Below are positions 11,063-20,920 of a stretch of 64,000 nt of DNA, piece after piece (position 1 is the first letter of the stretch; each line of letters begins with the position of its first letter). Below the pieces are notes generated by a model that saw only the letters and a program-made list of their open reading frames with translations, was not told the origin of the DNA and did not search any database. The stretch lies in NCBI GenBank assembly GCA_001567355.1, contig JYNZ01000001.1:5944-69943 (forward strand), in the 5' to 3' direction. The translations under genes were made by a program, and so were the position numbers. This DNA is from a candidate division WS6 bacterium OLB20 (GTDB taxonomy: Bacteria; Patescibacteriota; Dojkabacteria; B142; OLB20).

Positions 11063-11479
11063 ATGGTCCATTTGCAGATCGCTACGCCTGATGGCGTTGC
11101 CTACGAAGACAAGCAGATAGATTTAATCACAATACCGACGGAGTCAGGTGTGATTTCAATCGGTCGTGACCACTATCCTCTTGTCTCGATAGTCACAACA
11201 GGTGAGATCCTGATCCAGAAAGGCGAATACACGGTAGAGCTGGCTGTATCACGCGGCATTGTTGAAATCAGACGCGAAAGCACGGTGTACATTCTTGCTG
11301 ACACTGCCGAACGTGCTGAAGATATAGATATCGAACGCGCAGAAGCTGCCCGCCAGAAAGCCGAGGAGTACATGAAGCAGAAACAGAATCTGGCTGATGT
11401 CGAATTTGCCAGGCTTCAGGCTAAGATCGAAAAAGAGCTTGCCCGCATCCGTGTGGCTCGCAGATACCGAAAGCGCTAA
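11063..11479 (+). CDS. atpC: F0F1 ATP synthase subunit epsilon
   Basis: N-terminal beta-sandwich region plus a C-terminal helical region (AEDIDIERAEAARQKAEEY). Confidence 0.85.
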   Translation: MVHLQIATPDGVAYEDKQIDLITIPTESGVISIGRDHYPLVSIVTTGEILIQKGEYTVELAVSRGIVEIRRESTVYILADTAERAEDIDIERAEAARQKAEEYMKQKQNLADVEFARLQAKIEKELARIRVARRYRKR

Positions 11480-12150
11480 TGCCTTTACTGACAGAACTAT
11501 ACAGGACATTTCTGATCGACTGGGATGGAACACTTGCCAACACAATAGGTGTCTGGCTTGATCTGCTGGTAGAAACGTATGCCGAATATGGAAAATATCC
11601 TGAACCGTCCTTTCTGATGGAAAAGTCCTTTGGTAACTGGGACGCACCAAAGGAATTCGGTATAGAGAATGTCGATGAGTTCAACAGTCATCTGTTTTCA
11701 AAAGTTGATGCAAAATTCTCTACTGCGCCTCTGTTTCCTACCAGTAAACAGCTGCTGAGTGAGCTTAAGCAGCAGCAGAAGCAGCTTGCACTGATCACAT
11801 CAAATGTGAGAAGTGTGATCGATGCAGCGCTGGAACATCATCAGTTAACAGGTGTATTTGATCTGATCATTTCCTCTGATGATGTTTCAGAACACAAGCC
11901 TGATCCTGAAGGAATACACGCAGCGATAAAGGCACTAGGGGCAGAACCTGCATCAACTGTCATGGTCGGAGACAGCTCGAATGATGTGCTCGCAGGTAAG
12001 GCAGCCGGTATTCGGACAGTGCTCCTTTATCCTGATGTTCACCGGCAGATATATTCACCGGGGTATATTGATTCGCTGAACGCAGATCATGTGCTTTCAC
12101 ACCCTGCTGACGTGCTCACCCTGAAGGTTGATGTAACTTCTTCAGCTTGA
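11479..12150 (+). CDS. HAD-superfamily hydrolase (phosphatase/beta-phosphoglucomutase-like)
   Basis: HAD motif I IDWDGTL and motif IV VGDSSNDVLAGKAAG. The start codon overlaps the atpC stop. Confidence 0.7.
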   Translation: MPLLTELYRTFLIDWDGTLANTIGVWLDLLVETYAEYGKYPEPSFLMEKSFGNWDAPKEFGIENVDEFNSHLFSKVDAKFSTAPLFPTSKQLLSELKQQQKQLALITSNVRSVIDAALEHHQLTGVFDLIISSDDVSEHKPDPEGIHAAIKALGAEPASTVMVGDSSNDVLAGKAAGIRTVLLYPDVHRQIYSPGYIDSLNADHVLSHPADVLTLKVDVTSSA

Positions 12151-12197
12151 TTTCATGACATATTGGGAGTACTATCCTGTATGCCAGTCACAAAGCT

Positions 12198-14261
12198 ATG
12201 GAAGCGGATTCGACACACCTCATTTTACAGGCTATTATCGGCATCATTCTTGCTCTCGGGATCGGGAGCATTCTGCGTCAGCTGACAAAAAAGTTCAGTA
12301 TCATCCCCTATCCTGCAGCGCTTCTGTTGCTTGGAATGCTGCTTGGGTCAGCACAGGTCGAGGCTTTTGAGGTTATCCGGCTTACGCCGGCCGTTACCCT
12401 GTTTATCTTTCTGCCTGTTCTTCTGTTTGAGTCAGCCTATAATTTTGAGCTGCGCGAGTTCAGACGCATACTTACTCCCGGAATGCTGCTTGCCACAGCA
12501 GGTGTAATCATCTCCACCTTTATTGTGGCGATTGCACTGCAGGTTTTCTTTGCCATTCCGATTGCCGATGCTCTCATTTTTGCCAGTTTTATCTCTTCGA
12601 CTGATCCTATAGCTGTCATCAGCATCTTTAAACAGGTCGGCGTTCCAAAAAAGCTGCATCTGCTGATCGATGGAGAAAGCTTTCTTAATGATGCGACATC
12701 GATAATCATGTTCAGGTTTATGCTTGCGGCCGTTATCGGTGGTGCATCAGAGTTCTCGCAGATATTTGCCGGTGAGGCACTTGTCGGTGCCGGCATTAAC
12801 TTTGGTGTTGTTCTGGTCGGTGGTGCACTTGTCGGTGCTGTGCTTGGTTTTATCATCTCAGAAGCAATTGCTCTGATTGATAATGACAGTTCAGTTGAAA
12901 TAACACTGACTGTCATTCTTGCAAGCCTGGTATTTATTGTCGGCGAGGAGATCATGCATGTGTCAGGAATCATAGCTGTACTGACAGCCGGACTTGTCGT
13001 CGGTAATTACGGACGCACAAAAGTATCTCCGGAGGTCGTTAAAACTATGGAGCAGGTCTGGGCATTTCTTGTCTTTGTCGTTACCTCGATTATCTTTCTT
13101 CTGCTCGGGTATGAGATCGACATTGCTGGCCTGGTCCGTAACTGGCCGCTGATTGTCAGCGTTGTTGTCATCCTCTACATAGCACGCGCTGTAACGGTGT
13201 ATCTGCTCGGATTTACATATAACGCGTTCAGCTCTGACAGGCTGCCGCTCAAATGGCTGCATGTACTTAACTGGGGGGGCCTTAGAGGCGTCCTGCCGAT
13301 TGTCATCGCCCTGTCTCTCCCGGTTGATTATCGGTATCGCGAACTGTTTATCCAGCTGGTGCTGGGAGCTGTACTGTTCAGCCTTCTGTTTAACGCACTG
13401 ACGATCAGACCCCTGATCGGGCTTCTCAACCTCAACAGCAAAGATGTCAACACAATGATCGAGTCAAGGATCACCGAGATCCTGATCCTGCACAATCTGC
13501 AGGGATACCTGTATAACCTGCGTCAGCTGAATGAGATCAGTCAGGAGGTCTATGCGACGCATGTGCGTGAGATCCGTGACCGCCTGACACAGACCAGCGA
13601 ATCATTAAACAAACTCTGCAGAGAATGTGGAGAGACCGAAGCTCAGAGTGATGTCTTTCTGGAAAAGATCCTGAAACGTTTCTGTCTGCATCTTGAGAAA
13701 GCAGAATACCAGGAGTTATATAAGAGACGGGTTGTAGGCGAAGAACTCTATCTGAGGCTCGTGCATTCCATCGATGATCAGATTGATGCAATCACTCTTG
13801 GCCAGGGCCAGTTTAAACAGGAACGGACAGACATCAGACAGAAGTTTGAGAAGATAAAAAAATCGCGCTACACACTTGGTGGTGTCTGGAGGCGTCTGCG
13901 CGGATGGGATTTTGACGCAATCGTTGCCGAGACCTATGCTTATTATAAGGCTCGTCTGCTTGGAGATGAACGTGTGATTGAAGAGCTGGAGCACTTCAAT
14001 GAGTCAGAACTGAGTGCACTTGGTAAGAACGTGATAGAGAAGGTTTTGACAAAATACCGCCAGCTGCTTGAGTACAACCATGAGACTCTCGCATTTCTGT
14101 TCAGCGAATATCACGACATTGCCATCAGTGTTGAAGAGGAATTTTACAACCGCGAGTCACGTTTTCAGATCAACCGTCTGCTGGAGGAACTGGGTGAAGA
14201 AGGCCTGGTGAGTGAGCAGGTACTCAAGGACTTGCACATGCTCTGGAAGTCAGGCGTGTAG
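12198..14261 (+). CDS. Na+/H+ antiporter, CPA1 (NhaP-type), with a C-terminal cytoplasmic domain
   Basis: CPA1 motifs STDPIAV and GESFLNDA, about 11 transmembrane segments, and a charged soluble C-terminal extension of roughly 280 aa. Confidence 0.75.
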   Translation: MEADSTHLILQAIIGIILALGIGSILRQLTKKFSIIPYPAALLLLGMLLGSAQVEAFEVIRLTPAVTLFIFLPVLLFESAYNFELREFRRILTPGMLLATAGVIISTFIVAIALQVFFAIPIADALIFASFISSTDPIAVISIFKQVGVPKKLHLLIDGESFLNDATSIIMFRFMLAAVIGGASEFSQIFAGEALVGAGINFGVVLVGGALVGAVLGFIISEAIALIDNDSSVEITLTVILASLVFIVGEEIMHVSGIIAVLTAGLVVGNYGRTKVSPEVVKTMEQVWAFLVFVVTSIIFLLLGYEIDIAGLVRNWPLIVSVVVILYIARAVTVYLLGFTYNAFSSDRLPLKWLHVLNWGGLRGVLPIVIALSLPVDYRYRELFIQLVLGAVLFSLLFNALTIRPLIGLLNLNSKDVNTMIESRITEILILHNLQGYLYNLRQLNEISQEVYATHVREIRDRLTQTSESLNKLCRECGETEAQSDVFLEKILKRFCLHLEKAEYQELYKRRVVGEELYLRLVHSIDDQIDAITLGQGQFKQERTDIRQKFEKIKKSRYTLGGVWRRLRGWDFDAIVAETYAYYKARLLGDERVIEELEHFNESELSALGKNVIEKVLTKYRQLLEYNHETLAFLFSEYHDIAISVEEEFYNRESRFQINRLLEELGEEGLVSEQVLKDLHMLWKSGV

Positions 14262-14267
14262 AATTTT

Positions 14268-14756
14268 TCAGTCGTCTGTGGATCGGGAATCCAGCTGATC
14301 CGGGTCCTCGGGATCGGTCTCGAGCATTGTGCAGTACTCATCAAATGGCGCAATACCGCAGGCATGCATTACCTGACGCAACCTGAATTCATCGTTATGC
14401 AGGTGTGGTCCACGGGTCGTGATCCAGCTGGCCATATGATACTTTCTGTGCCTGTCTGCGTCCTGACAGCTCAGCATCAGACTGATCACATAGTTGCTGT
14501 CTTCGGGGTCATTAATGCAGCTGGGATGAAACTCAAGCAGGATAGAGCTGTATCCCTCTGATGCCCGCAGTGCCACCCAGTCAATGATCTGATCAAAGTC
14601 ATCTGTCGCACCATGATAGATATGCTCATGCAGCTGCCCCGCAGATCTCTCCATCAGAGCACCCTCCTCCTTTTGTGCAAGCACCATCGCCTCATACGGT
14701 GTGAGGTCGCGTTCGGGCTGTTTAAATGTCTGTATCTGCTGTACCAGCTGTTCCAT
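14268..14756 (-). CDS. hypothetical protein
   Basis: 162-aa ORF convergent with the antiporter gene. No motif recognised. Confidence 0.4.
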   Translation of the reverse strand: MEQLVQQIQTFKQPERDLTPYEAMVLAQKEEGALMERSAGQLHEHIYHGATDDFDQIIDWVALRASEGYSSILLEFHPSCINDPEDSNYVISLMLSCQDADRHRKYHMASWITTRGPHLHNDEFRLRQVMHACGIAPFDEYCTMLETDPEDPDQLDSRSTDD

Positions 14757-14886
14757 ATATATCTATTATATCAAATATTTCTGTGGATGTGTACTGATGA
14801 CAGTGAGGTGATGCTCCGGGCTGCTGATGCATTGCCAGATACCGCCCGATGAGCATTCTATCTGACTGATGAGATCCGACTTTGCG

Positions 14887-17295
14887 TTATCTTCGGACAG
14901 CTTTGCTGAATAGTGTACCCAGCAGCGGCATTATTCCCGAGTAGATCAGCAGAAGAGACAGAACCAGCTGCCACTGATCTGACACTAACGGTATAAGCTC
15001 GAAGATCTGCTGCAGCTGCGGTGTGTACATGACAAGTACAAAAAACAGTACAGTCAGCGGAGCGATGATCATGATCCTGCGCGGGATGAAGATGCGCTGG
15101 ATAAGATAGCTGCCGGATATGGTAAACAGGTAGTTAACCACCCCGACAAATGTCAGAAACGCAAGTACCATTGTCTGCTGCAGTCTGAGATCATAGTCAT
15201 TCGTGATGGTCATCAGATACAGGGTCAGAACGCCTGCCGGTATACCTGCTGCAGCAAGAAACACCATCAGGTCGCGCAGAAAATGCGGCTCATCTGTATC
15301 ATCTGGTTTTTCAAGAACAATCGCTAATACCGGTATGCTGCCGTTTGTAAATGCGAGCAGAAACAGACCGAGCGGGTAAAACGCAAATGGAAGCCCTAAC
15401 AGCAATGCGCCGATGATAATAATGATTGAATAGGCGTGCCGGGAGATCAGAAGCTGGGCTGACCGCAGCGTGTTGATAAGAATAATTCTGCCCTCAGTAA
15501 CAACATCGGCAAGTTTTGCAATATCATCGTCAAGCAGAATAATATCAGCAATGTTGCGGGTTACATGGGCCCCGCTCCCCATCGCAACACCAAGGTTTGC
15601 CTGTTTGATTGCGAGCGCATCATTGACACCGTCACCGACCATTGCCACATAGCTGCCATCACTCTGCAGTTCTGTGATGATCTGCACTTTCTGCTCCGGA
15701 GAAACGCGGGCAAATACATCAGTGTTTCTCACCAGGTGTGAAAATTCAGCCTGGTTTGCGGATGCTGATGCCAGTTCTTTGCCAGAGGTGATAGTTTTGA
15801 TTTCGCTCAGACCCAGCTGCGCGGTTAGCGCTCTCAAGGTCTCTGGATGGTCACCGGAGATAATGACCGGTTTTACACCCTTGCTGGTGAAATTTTCGAT
15901 TATCCCCCGTGCCCCGGCCCTCAGCCTGTCCTCCATACTGATAAGTGCCAGCGGCTGGTATGGACGTCTGGCATCGGTAAGTTCGGGGTGTCTCACGGGT
16001 CCGGTGTCCCGAAACAGTATGACAAGATTACGCTTACCTTCATGCGCCCGTTCCAGTTCACGTTTCGCAATTCCTGCGGCATCTTCGGGTGACATATACT
16101 CTGTAAGACTTTCCAGCGAGCCGAGCAGCAGCTGAAAACGGTTACCCTTATATGTCAGGTCGATCCCGCTCATTTTTGTTCGCGATGTAAACGGGAGCTG
16201 ATGGTGGATTTCAGCACTTTGCACCTGCCTGCCCAGATGGGCAAACTTTTCTGCAATCGCAGTGATGGTCTTGTTCTGCTCAAGCGTGTGTTCGCAGTAC
16301 AGTGCCGTCAGCACGTCTGCAGGGATCTTGCGTTTGTCGGGTGCGAACGGGAGAAAGTCAGTCATCTTCAGTCTGTTTTCCGTAATCGTTCCCGTTTTAT
16401 CCATGCAAAGATACCTGATGCCTGCGAGAGTTTCGATAGTGCTTGCCTTCTGGACAATGATACGGCGTCTGCCCATACGCACTGCACCAAGAAGAAATGC
16501 GATTGTCAGAGTAAGTACAATACCCTGCGGCACCATTGAGCTGATAACTGATACAACGATGTTTGCCATCTCGACCTGCGTGTATTCATCAAGAAGAACG
16601 TTTCGGACCAGCAGAAACGCAATGATGGCAATCGTAAGGTATGTCAGCGCCTTAAGGATTACGTTTACATGCCGCTGTAATGGTGAGAGGTATGCGACAT
16701 AGGTCTTTGCCTCGCTGGTGATCTTGTTTACAAAGCTCTCCGGTCCGACCCGGGTTGCCGTATAGTATCCCCTGCCTGCAACAATAAATGATCCTGACAG
16801 CAGTGTATCCCCGACCTGCATTGCATTGTAGTCAGACTCGCCGGTCAGGATTGATTCGTCAATCAGCAATGCCTCTGACTCAATGATGTCTCCATCAACG
16901 TAGATATATTTGCCTGATTCGATAACCAGCAGATCGCCAAGCACGATGTCTTCCGGATCGATCTCCTGCTCTTTTCCGTCTCGGACAACGGTAACAGTCT
17001 CCTTGCTGAGCAGCTGAATCTTCTTCAGCGAATCCCTGGCACGGACCTCCTGATAGACAGATACAATGATGTTTGTGACAACGATCAGCGAGATGATGAC
17101 AGCGTCTTTGACTTCGGCATAGACAAACAGAAAAACTACCGAAACAAAAATGATCAGGTTGGGAAGATCAATCAGCGTTCCGGCAATTATCTGCCAGACT
17201 GATTTGGTATCAGGCTGAATGTAGGTGTTTGTGCGTCCCTGCTGGGTAAGTTTATCAACTTCTGCCGTGCTGAGTCCGCGTCTGCTGGTTTTCAT
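14887..17295 (-). CDS. cation-transporting P-type ATPase (P2/P3-like)
   Basis: Phosphorylation motif CMDKTGTITEN, TGES actuator motif, hinge MVGDGVNDALAIKQANLGVAMG, and about 10 transmembrane segments. Confidence 0.9.
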   Translation of the reverse strand: MKTSRRGLSTAEVDKLTQQGRTNTYIQPDTKSVWQIIAGTLIDLPNLIIFVSVVFLFVYAEVKDAVIISLIVVTNIIVSVYQEVRARDSLKKIQLLSKETVTVVRDGKEQEIDPEDIVLGDLLVIESGKYIYVDGDIIESEALLIDESILTGESDYNAMQVGDTLLSGSFIVAGRGYYTATRVGPESFVNKITSEAKTYVAYLSPLQRHVNVILKALTYLTIAIIAFLLVRNVLLDEYTQVEMANIVVSVISSMVPQGIVLTLTIAFLLGAVRMGRRRIIVQKASTIETLAGIRYLCMDKTGTITENRLKMTDFLPFAPDKRKIPADVLTALYCEHTLEQNKTITAIAEKFAHLGRQVQSAEIHHQLPFTSRTKMSGIDLTYKGNRFQLLLGSLESLTEYMSPEDAAGIAKRELERAHEGKRNLVILFRDTGPVRHPELTDARRPYQPLALISMEDRLRAGARGIIENFTSKGVKPVIISGDHPETLRALTAQLGLSEIKTITSGKELASASANQAEFSHLVRNTDVFARVSPEQKVQIITELQSDGSYVAMVGDGVNDALAIKQANLGVAMGSGAHVTRNIADIILLDDDIAKLADVVTEGRIILINTLRSAQLLISRHAYSIIIIIGALLLGLPFAFYPLGLFLLAFTNGSIPVLAIVLEKPDDTDEPHFLRDLMVFLAAAGIPAGVLTLYLMTITNDYDLRLQQTMVLAFLTFVGVVNYLFTISGSYLIQRIFIPRRIMIIAPLTVLFFVLVMYTPQLQQIFELIPLVSDQWQLVLSLLLIYSGIMPLLGTLFSKAVRR

Positions 17296-17349
17296 ACCGC
17301 ACCATTATAGCCTATTTTGAGTGCAGTGTAGCTGTGTTATAATTTTACG

Positions 17350-17691
17350 ATGGACAGTGCAAACCCCTTTGTGCAGCTTGGTCTTCCGCAGAATGCATCT
17401 GTGGCTGAAGTCCGGGCGGCATTCAGGAAGCTGGCAAAACAGAAACACCCTGACAAACGCGGCTCTGACCGCGAGTTTATAGATACCGTAAACGCCTACC
17501 GTCGTGCTGTGGAACTGGCTGCCGAACCTGTTACTGTCAACAGACCGGTAAAAGAGGCTCCCAAGCAGAATCATTCACATGCACAGCGACGCAGGGACAA
17601 TAACTTCAATGCAGTAGTGGATTTCAGAACGTTTCTGATTGCACTCGGCAGTCAGCTGGCATTACTGCTGCTTGCCCGCATCATCTCCTAA
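17350..17691 (+). CDS. J-domain (DnaJ-like) protein with a C-terminal membrane anchor
   Basis: J-domain with an HPD motif (AAFRKLAKQKHPDKRG) and a hydrophobic C-terminal tail. Confidence 0.6.
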   Translation: MDSANPFVQLGLPQNASVAEVRAAFRKLAKQKHPDKRGSDREFIDTVNAYRRAVELAAEPVTVNRPVKEAPKQNHSHAQRRRDNNFNAVVDFRTFLIALGSQLALLLLARIIS

Positions 17692-18335
17692 AACCCCTCT
17701 ATCCTGTACAGGTGCTGATTATGCGCCCGCAGAATAGTTCCATCAATTGCCAGGATCCCTCCGGGAGCGAGCAGATCTGACGCAGCCTGTTTGATGCGTT
17801 CCCGCAGACTCAGCAGACGCCGGTCACGGTTCTGGTCTAAGGCTTCCGCATGTGAGCCTTCTGCAATCATGCGCGCAAACAGTTCTGGAGCCGTACTACC
17901 TCCTCCAAGCAGCCTGTCAGCGATAATGAGCGAAAAGCCGGTTGAAGCTGCCGGCAGCAGCTTCTGGAGTTCATCCAGTGTAGCGTGGTAGCGGCGTTCG
18001 AGAAGCGTAAGAATATCCGCTCTGGCGCCTGAGATCGCGTGGTAGCGTTCCTGTCCAAGATCAAGGCTGCTCTGCCGGGCAGGATCTACATTAACAACGT
18101 AGGCATCACGTAGTAACGCAGCACGCGGCAGCCAGGGGTACCATGACGGCTCGTGATGCGAGATGCCTCCGCCCCCTATTGTCAAAACTGACTTCTCAGA
18201 AGAACGGTCCTCAGTTACCGCCTGCAGCGTATCAAAACGATCAAATGCACTATCCATGAAAGGACCGGCTGGCACACCCGCTTCTCTGCTGTAGCTGTTT
18301 ACAAGTGCCTGCTGTTCGGGAGTGAGCTGATTCAT
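17688..18335 (-). CDS. hypothetical Rossmann-fold protein (spermidine-synthase/methyltransferase-like)
   Basis: Glycine-rich VLTIGGGGIS motif and an acidic beta-2 end YVVNVDP. This is a weak similarity. The likely start is MNQLTPEQQ. Confidence 0.3.
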   Translation of the reverse strand: MNQLTPEQQALVNSYSREAGVPAGPFMDSAFDRFDTLQAVTEDRSSEKSVLTIGGGGISHHEPSWYPWLPRAALLRDAYVVNVDPARQSSLDLGQERYHAISGARADILTLLERRYHATLDELQKLLPAASTGFSLIIADRLLGGGSTAPELFARMIAEGSHAEALDQNRDRRLLSLRERIKQAASDLLAPGGILAIDGTILRAHNQHLYRIEGF

Positions 18336-18412
18336 ATCCTTCAGTATAAGACGCCTGCAGGTCAACCTCAAGCTGAATATATGCTAGGATAAGGTATTCA
18401 TTCAATTAACTT

Positions 18413-18661
18413 ATGCAGTGGACACGAACTGCAGCAAAACTCGAAAAGGAGTTCAGCTTTGAGAACTTTTCCCAGGCGCTGGACTTTGTTGTCGCGGTCG
18501 GAGAGATAGCCGAGGAGATGGGACATCACCCGGATATCCATCTGATCAATTACAGCAATGTGCTGATAGAGACGACAACACATGATGAGGGTAATGCTGT
18601 GACTGACAAGGACGAGCAGCTTGCCGCTGCTGTCGACAGATTGTATGCTGACCGCGGGTAA
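18413..18661 (+). CDS. pterin-4a-carbinolamine dehydratase (PCD/DCoH)
   Basis: Motif E-x3-HHPD-x7-Y...TTHD in an 82-aa ORF. Confidence 0.7.
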   Translation: MQWTRTAAKLEKEFSFENFSQALDFVVAVGEIAEEMGHHPDIHLINYSNVLIETTTHDEGNAVTDKDEQLAAAVDRLYADRG

Positions 18662-18678
18662 CGGCCGGCCGAGATGCT

Positions 18679-19383
18679 TCAGGTGCTGACCGCATGCAAT
18701 ACCTCAGTCACGCTGTAAACTGGTGACAGCATATTCGAATCAAGAACCCTGGCAGCCTGCTGCAGATAGGCTGTTTCTGTCTGGTTATCCTCATTGTAAA
18801 ACACAGAAACCGGTACACCTGCGGCATATGCCAGTTGTGCAGCCTGATGCGTTCCTCCTCCCTTTTTAGCCTCGACAATAACCAGGTGAGAACACATCGC
18901 TACGATCAGCCTGTTACGTTCGATATACAGTCGCTTGTGATACGGAGTACCGGAAGGATACTCGGAGAGCAAAGCCCCCATCTGGCTGATCACGCGCGCA
19001 GTCGACAGGTTGGTTTTGGGACGGATATCGTCCAGCGGTCCCGGCAGGACCGCAATTGCTCTGCCCGCTTTACTTAGCGTCCCTTGCAGCGCAGCGGTGT
19101 CTGATCCGAGAGCAAGTCCCGATACTACTGTTCTTCCCTGCAATGCAAGCCCGGCACCGAGCTGAAATGCAAAATTGCGTCCCTCGATTGTGACGTCCCG
19201 GGATCCTATGATGGCTACCGGGTGCATGTCATTTTCGAGCAGCTCGCCGCTGATAAAGAGCCGGTCCGGTAAAGGTTTTGCTCGTACTGTCCTTCCATCG
19301 GCGCGGTAGGATGCAGGCAGGTTCCGCAGAAAGAGGGTTTGCGGATTCAGGATCTGTTCTGGTGGCCGGATCGGGTTTTCCAT
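18679..19383 (-). CDS. dprA: DNA processing protein DprA/Smf (short form)
   Basis: DprA Rossmann-like motifs GSRD...LALGSDTAA...IAVLPGPLD...LSEYPSGTP...RNRLI...VVEAKKGGGT. Confidence 0.8.
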   Translation of the reverse strand: MENPIRPPEQILNPQTLFLRNLPASYRADGRTVRAKPLPDRLFISGELLENDMHPVAIIGSRDVTIEGRNFAFQLGAGLALQGRTVVSGLALGSDTAALQGTLSKAGRAIAVLPGPLDDIRPKTNLSTARVISQMGALLSEYPSGTPYHKRLYIERNRLIVAMCSHLVIVEAKKGGGTHQAAQLAYAAGVPVSVFYNEDNQTETAYLQQAARVLDSNMLSPVYSVTEVLHAVST

Positions 19384-19413
19384 GGCTGATTATAGCAGTA
19401 TTGCTCCCGAGGT

Positions 19414-19653
19414 CCGACCTCAGGGACACTCCTCAACTACGTATCTTGAGCTGTCGAAAGTGGATTAAATTGCGGTACAAGGATATCCATCAAGAATATG
19501 TGTACAGCGTTGGGCGAAGAATGGACTAATTCAGACCTCTGCAAGCACGATATTGACCGTATTTTGCGTAACAAATGATACGTAATCAGGATTTTGCCCT
19601 TGTGGGTCAATAGGTTTGCGAGTTCTGTAGATAAGATCCGTACCTGAGGTCGG
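19414..19653. repeat. MITE-like element, family 2, copy 1 (about 240 bp with terminal inverted repeats)
   Basis: Begins CCGACCTCAGGGACAC... and ends ...CCTGAGGTCGG (an 11-bp perfect terminal inverted repeat). Its internal sequence is about 80% identical to the copy at 20628. Confidence 0.6.
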
Positions 19654-19665
19654 ATACCGGGTTCG

Positions 19666-20067
19666 TTACGGTTGGTCGCTGCCCAGCAACAATTCTGCGG
19701 CCTTTGACAGCATAATCGCTGCAAGTATGTTTACATGCTGCAGCGCTATAGGGCTGACGATTCGTTCTGCATGCACAGCATGCATAGCGTTTTGAGCCGT
19801 TGTAAAGTCATCCAGTGTAAACGGCTGCTGCTCATGGCTCTCACGCAACGACTGGTACAGTTCTTCGCCCAGTTCTTCAGGGGTCAGTCTGATACCGTAG
19901 ATAACCTGGACAGTCTGTCCCTTGTCGAGCAGCTCTGCAGTCCTGTCTGATTCCATGGCAGTATTATAGCCTGTCAGTAGAGTGATGCAAGGCTTGATGC
20001 GATGCGGATTGTCGATACCCTTGCAGCAGTAAAGCTGGTATAATCCCTCACCATGGAGCAGCCTCAA
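19666..20067 (-). CDS. hypothetical protein
   Basis: 133-aa ORF lying between the two family-2 repeats. Confidence 0.35.
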   Translation of the reverse strand: MRLLHGEGLYQLYCCKGIDNPHRIKPCITLLTGYNTAMESDRTAELLDKGQTVQVIYGIRLTPEELGEELYQSLRESHEQQPFTLDDFTTAQNAMHAVHAERIVSPIALQHVNILAAIMLSKAAELLLGSDQP

Positions 20068-20206
20068 CAGATTGAAACTGTAAAATATCCTTTGCTACCG
20101 GACATTTCGGAGTTGCTGTGTACAAAAGGACATCCGACAGTATACACAGGTAAAATCAGCGGACGACGCATGCTGGTACATTCTGCCGGAGCATCGATAA
20201 GCATTC

Positions 20207-20623
20207 GTGATATCGAGGAGAGCGAGTATCTCTTTCACGCTGCAGCTGCATCGGGAACGTTTTTTGTTCAGTATCAGAACTGCCGGTGACCGGCCGTGGA
20301 TGATCAATGGAAGGCATCCGGACATGCGCGCCGGCTATATGGTAAGAACAGCGTATACACGGTATTGCGATGAGGGACTGGTGAACAGACTTCAGGGACA
20401 GTGGGTTGATGAAGATGACGGTATGCTGACAAACCTTAACGAATTCAAGACCAATATAGCAGCTGGGATGGATGTTTTAACTGCAGCAGAAAACACCTGG
20501 ACGGGACGCCAGGCATACGAACTGAGGTTGCGGCCGGTTTCTATACTTGAGCTTGAATCAGGTCGTGGTGTTCAGGTTACGTTTAAGCCGGATGTAATGC
20601 TGAAGTACGGCAGAAAAGTCTAA
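20207..20623 (+). CDS. hypothetical protein
   Basis: 138-aa ORF whose stop codon is immediately followed by repeat copy 2. Confidence 0.35.
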   Translation: MISRRASISFTLQLHRERFLFSIRTAGDRPWMINGRHPDMRAGYMVRTAYTRYCDEGLVNRLQGQWVDEDDGMLTNLNEFKTNIAAGMDVLTAAENTWTGRQAYELRLRPVSILELESGRGVQVTFKPDVMLKYGRKV

Positions 20624-20627
20624 GGAT

Positions 20628-20875
20628 CCGACCTCAGGGACACACCTCAACTACAGATCTTGACCTGATAAAAGTGAATTAACCTGTGGTGCTGCGATTT
20701 TCAATGATGTGGTAAGAACCGAGTCTCACGAAGAATGGGCGTATTCAGTACTCAATATAACCAGAACTTGTCGATATCTTGCGTAACATTTGTTACGTAA
20801 TCAAGATTTTGCCCTTGTGACACAGTAGATTTGCGAGGTCTGTAGATAAGGTCTGTAGTTGACGTCCGACATCGG
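20628..20875. repeat. MITE-like element, family 2, copy 2
   Basis: CCGACCTCAGGGACACACCTCAACTACAG...CTGTAGTTGACGTCCGACATCGG. The ends are imperfect inverted repeats of each other. The internal palindrome CGTAACATTTGTTACG is shared with copy 1. Confidence 0.6.
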
Positions 20876-20920
20876 AGACATAATGTCTCTTCATGACCTC
20901 CGAATCCTGGAGTCCGGAGC

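Noticed and set aside
19381-19660. Possible tRNA within or near the repeat (GGGTTCG-like segment).
   Set aside because: No cloverleaf can be drawn, and there is no T-loop GTTCGAATC consensus and no CCA context. I found no tRNA or rRNA anywhere in the window.
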